Assembly: GCF_018977255.1 (NCBI RefSeq)
Contig: NW_024704807.1
Span: 124,001-188,000, forward strand
Direction of reading: 5' to 3'
Origin: Callorhinchus milii
Lineage: Eukaryota
Length of the DNA stretch: 64,000 bases
Shown piece by piece: positions 62,824 through 64,000 of the stretch. Under the pieces are notes generated by a model. That model was not told the DNA's origin. It did no database searches and saw nothing but the letters and a program-made list of their open reading frames with translations. Position numbers and translations under genes: made by a program. Position 1 is the stretch's first letter. Each line of letters opens with the position of its first letter.

Positions 62824-62891
62824 GTGAGTGAATCAATAATCGATCGAAATTAATTGAAATTAATAGAAACAAAAAGCAACTGGCGAAGAAA

Positions 62892-63111
62892 NNNNNNNNN
62901 NNNNNNNNNNNNNNNNNNNNNNNNNNNNNNNNNNNNNNNNNNNNNNNNNNNNNNNNNNNNNNNNNNNNNNNNNNNNNNNNNNNNNNNNNNNNNNNNNNNN
63001 NNNNNNNNNNNNNNNNNNNNNNNNNNNNNNNNNNNNNNNNNNNNNNNNNNNNNNNNNNNNNNNNNNNNNNNNNNNNNNNNNNNNNNNNNNNNNNNNNNNN
63101 NNNNNNNNNNN
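62892..63111. other. Assembly gap (220 N)
   Basis: Run of N. Confidence 1.
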
Positions 63112-64000
63112 TATGTTTTATTCCACAAGTGAAACTGCTTTGAGCTGCTCACAGACTGAGAGAGAAACTGATACTGGCAGCAAACCAGAGAAAAAACCTC
63201 CTCCAGCAGCGGTCTTAAAGTAAAGATATTTACAGCAGGAAACTCTCCAGTTGCCTAAACTGTAAACCCGCAGAGTTAACGGTACAATCTGACACCTGAT
63301 TCTTTGCTAAACATTCCCATGATCACAGACACCCAAAGCCTCAATGTGGATAATCAGCTTCAGCAAACAAATATATGATTAGAGGAACAAATCTAAATTA
63401 AATGGTGCATTTAAGAGAGATCATGTCAATTGTGTCACACGAATAGTCACACTGTCTGTGCTTGCATTAAATATGGTTCATATTTGGAGCGGATATGCAG
63501 GAGCAGAGCACTGTATACTTAATCCATTCAGAATGTCTTAATTTCACTGTTACAACAGTAATCCTTTTATTTGGTGAAAAGAATTTCACGTACAAATTAC
63601 GAATGATGCCAAGGCCTTCGAACAGGAATCCAATGGGTTTTTTTTCCACAGTGATTACAGGGAAGAGTGGCTTCATTTATGTGAAGAGACTATTGTCTGG
63701 CAATGTTCTCCGAAGAGCACCGAAGGTTTAGAGGAGATTTAATTCAAATGTTCAAAATTGTGAAAGAGATTTGATAGGGTGGATCAGGGGAAAATGCTTC
63801 CACATGCAAGTGAATCAGTTTCCAGTGGACACATGTTGAACTTAATTGGTAAAAGGACAAGAGGGGAGATGAAGAGAATTTTATTTACCTGCAAAGATTT
63901 TACAATCTGCAATGCAGTGCCTAAAATTGTACTGCAAACAGATTGTATCATAAAGCTCAAACGGGAATTGGAAGAAATACATTGCGACGCTAGGGGTTAA

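Noticed and set aside
1-64000. CRISPR arrays, rRNA, prokaryotic operons, intact transposases or reverse transcriptases
   Set aside because: None seen; the DNA is intron-containing vertebrate sequence with only short LINE remnants.

Overview
Eukaryotic DNA from the variable region of a cartilaginous-fish T-cell receptor alpha/delta locus. The clade is inferred from a NAR-type V-D-J cassette and chondrichthyan-like CR1/L2/SINE repeats. A chimaera is plausible but the species cannot be proven from sequence. I find 25 V-segment loci. 24 are TCR V-alpha/delta-type, in nine families I label A-I: 17 look intact, 6 are pseudogenes or remnants and 1 is cut by the window edge. Typically each has a leader exon, a phase-1 intron, a V exon and a 23-bp-spacer RSS. 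At the right end is a complete VNAR-like V, 12/12 D and J cassette (NAR-TCR type). Three V loci at 1-4.9 kb are an inverted near-copy of ~38.9-43.7 kb next to an assembly gap. A V-free island at 4.9-10.3 kb contains a probable terminal exon with two tyrosine (ITIM-type) motifs. Other notable structure: co-oriented CTCF-like modules between V genes, tRNA-derived SINE heads placed just 3' of many RSSs, a chimeric V gene at a 4.62-kb tandem-duplication junction, and a GC-box minisatellite at one family's promoter. Coordinates were counted by hand; repeat boundaries are approximate.
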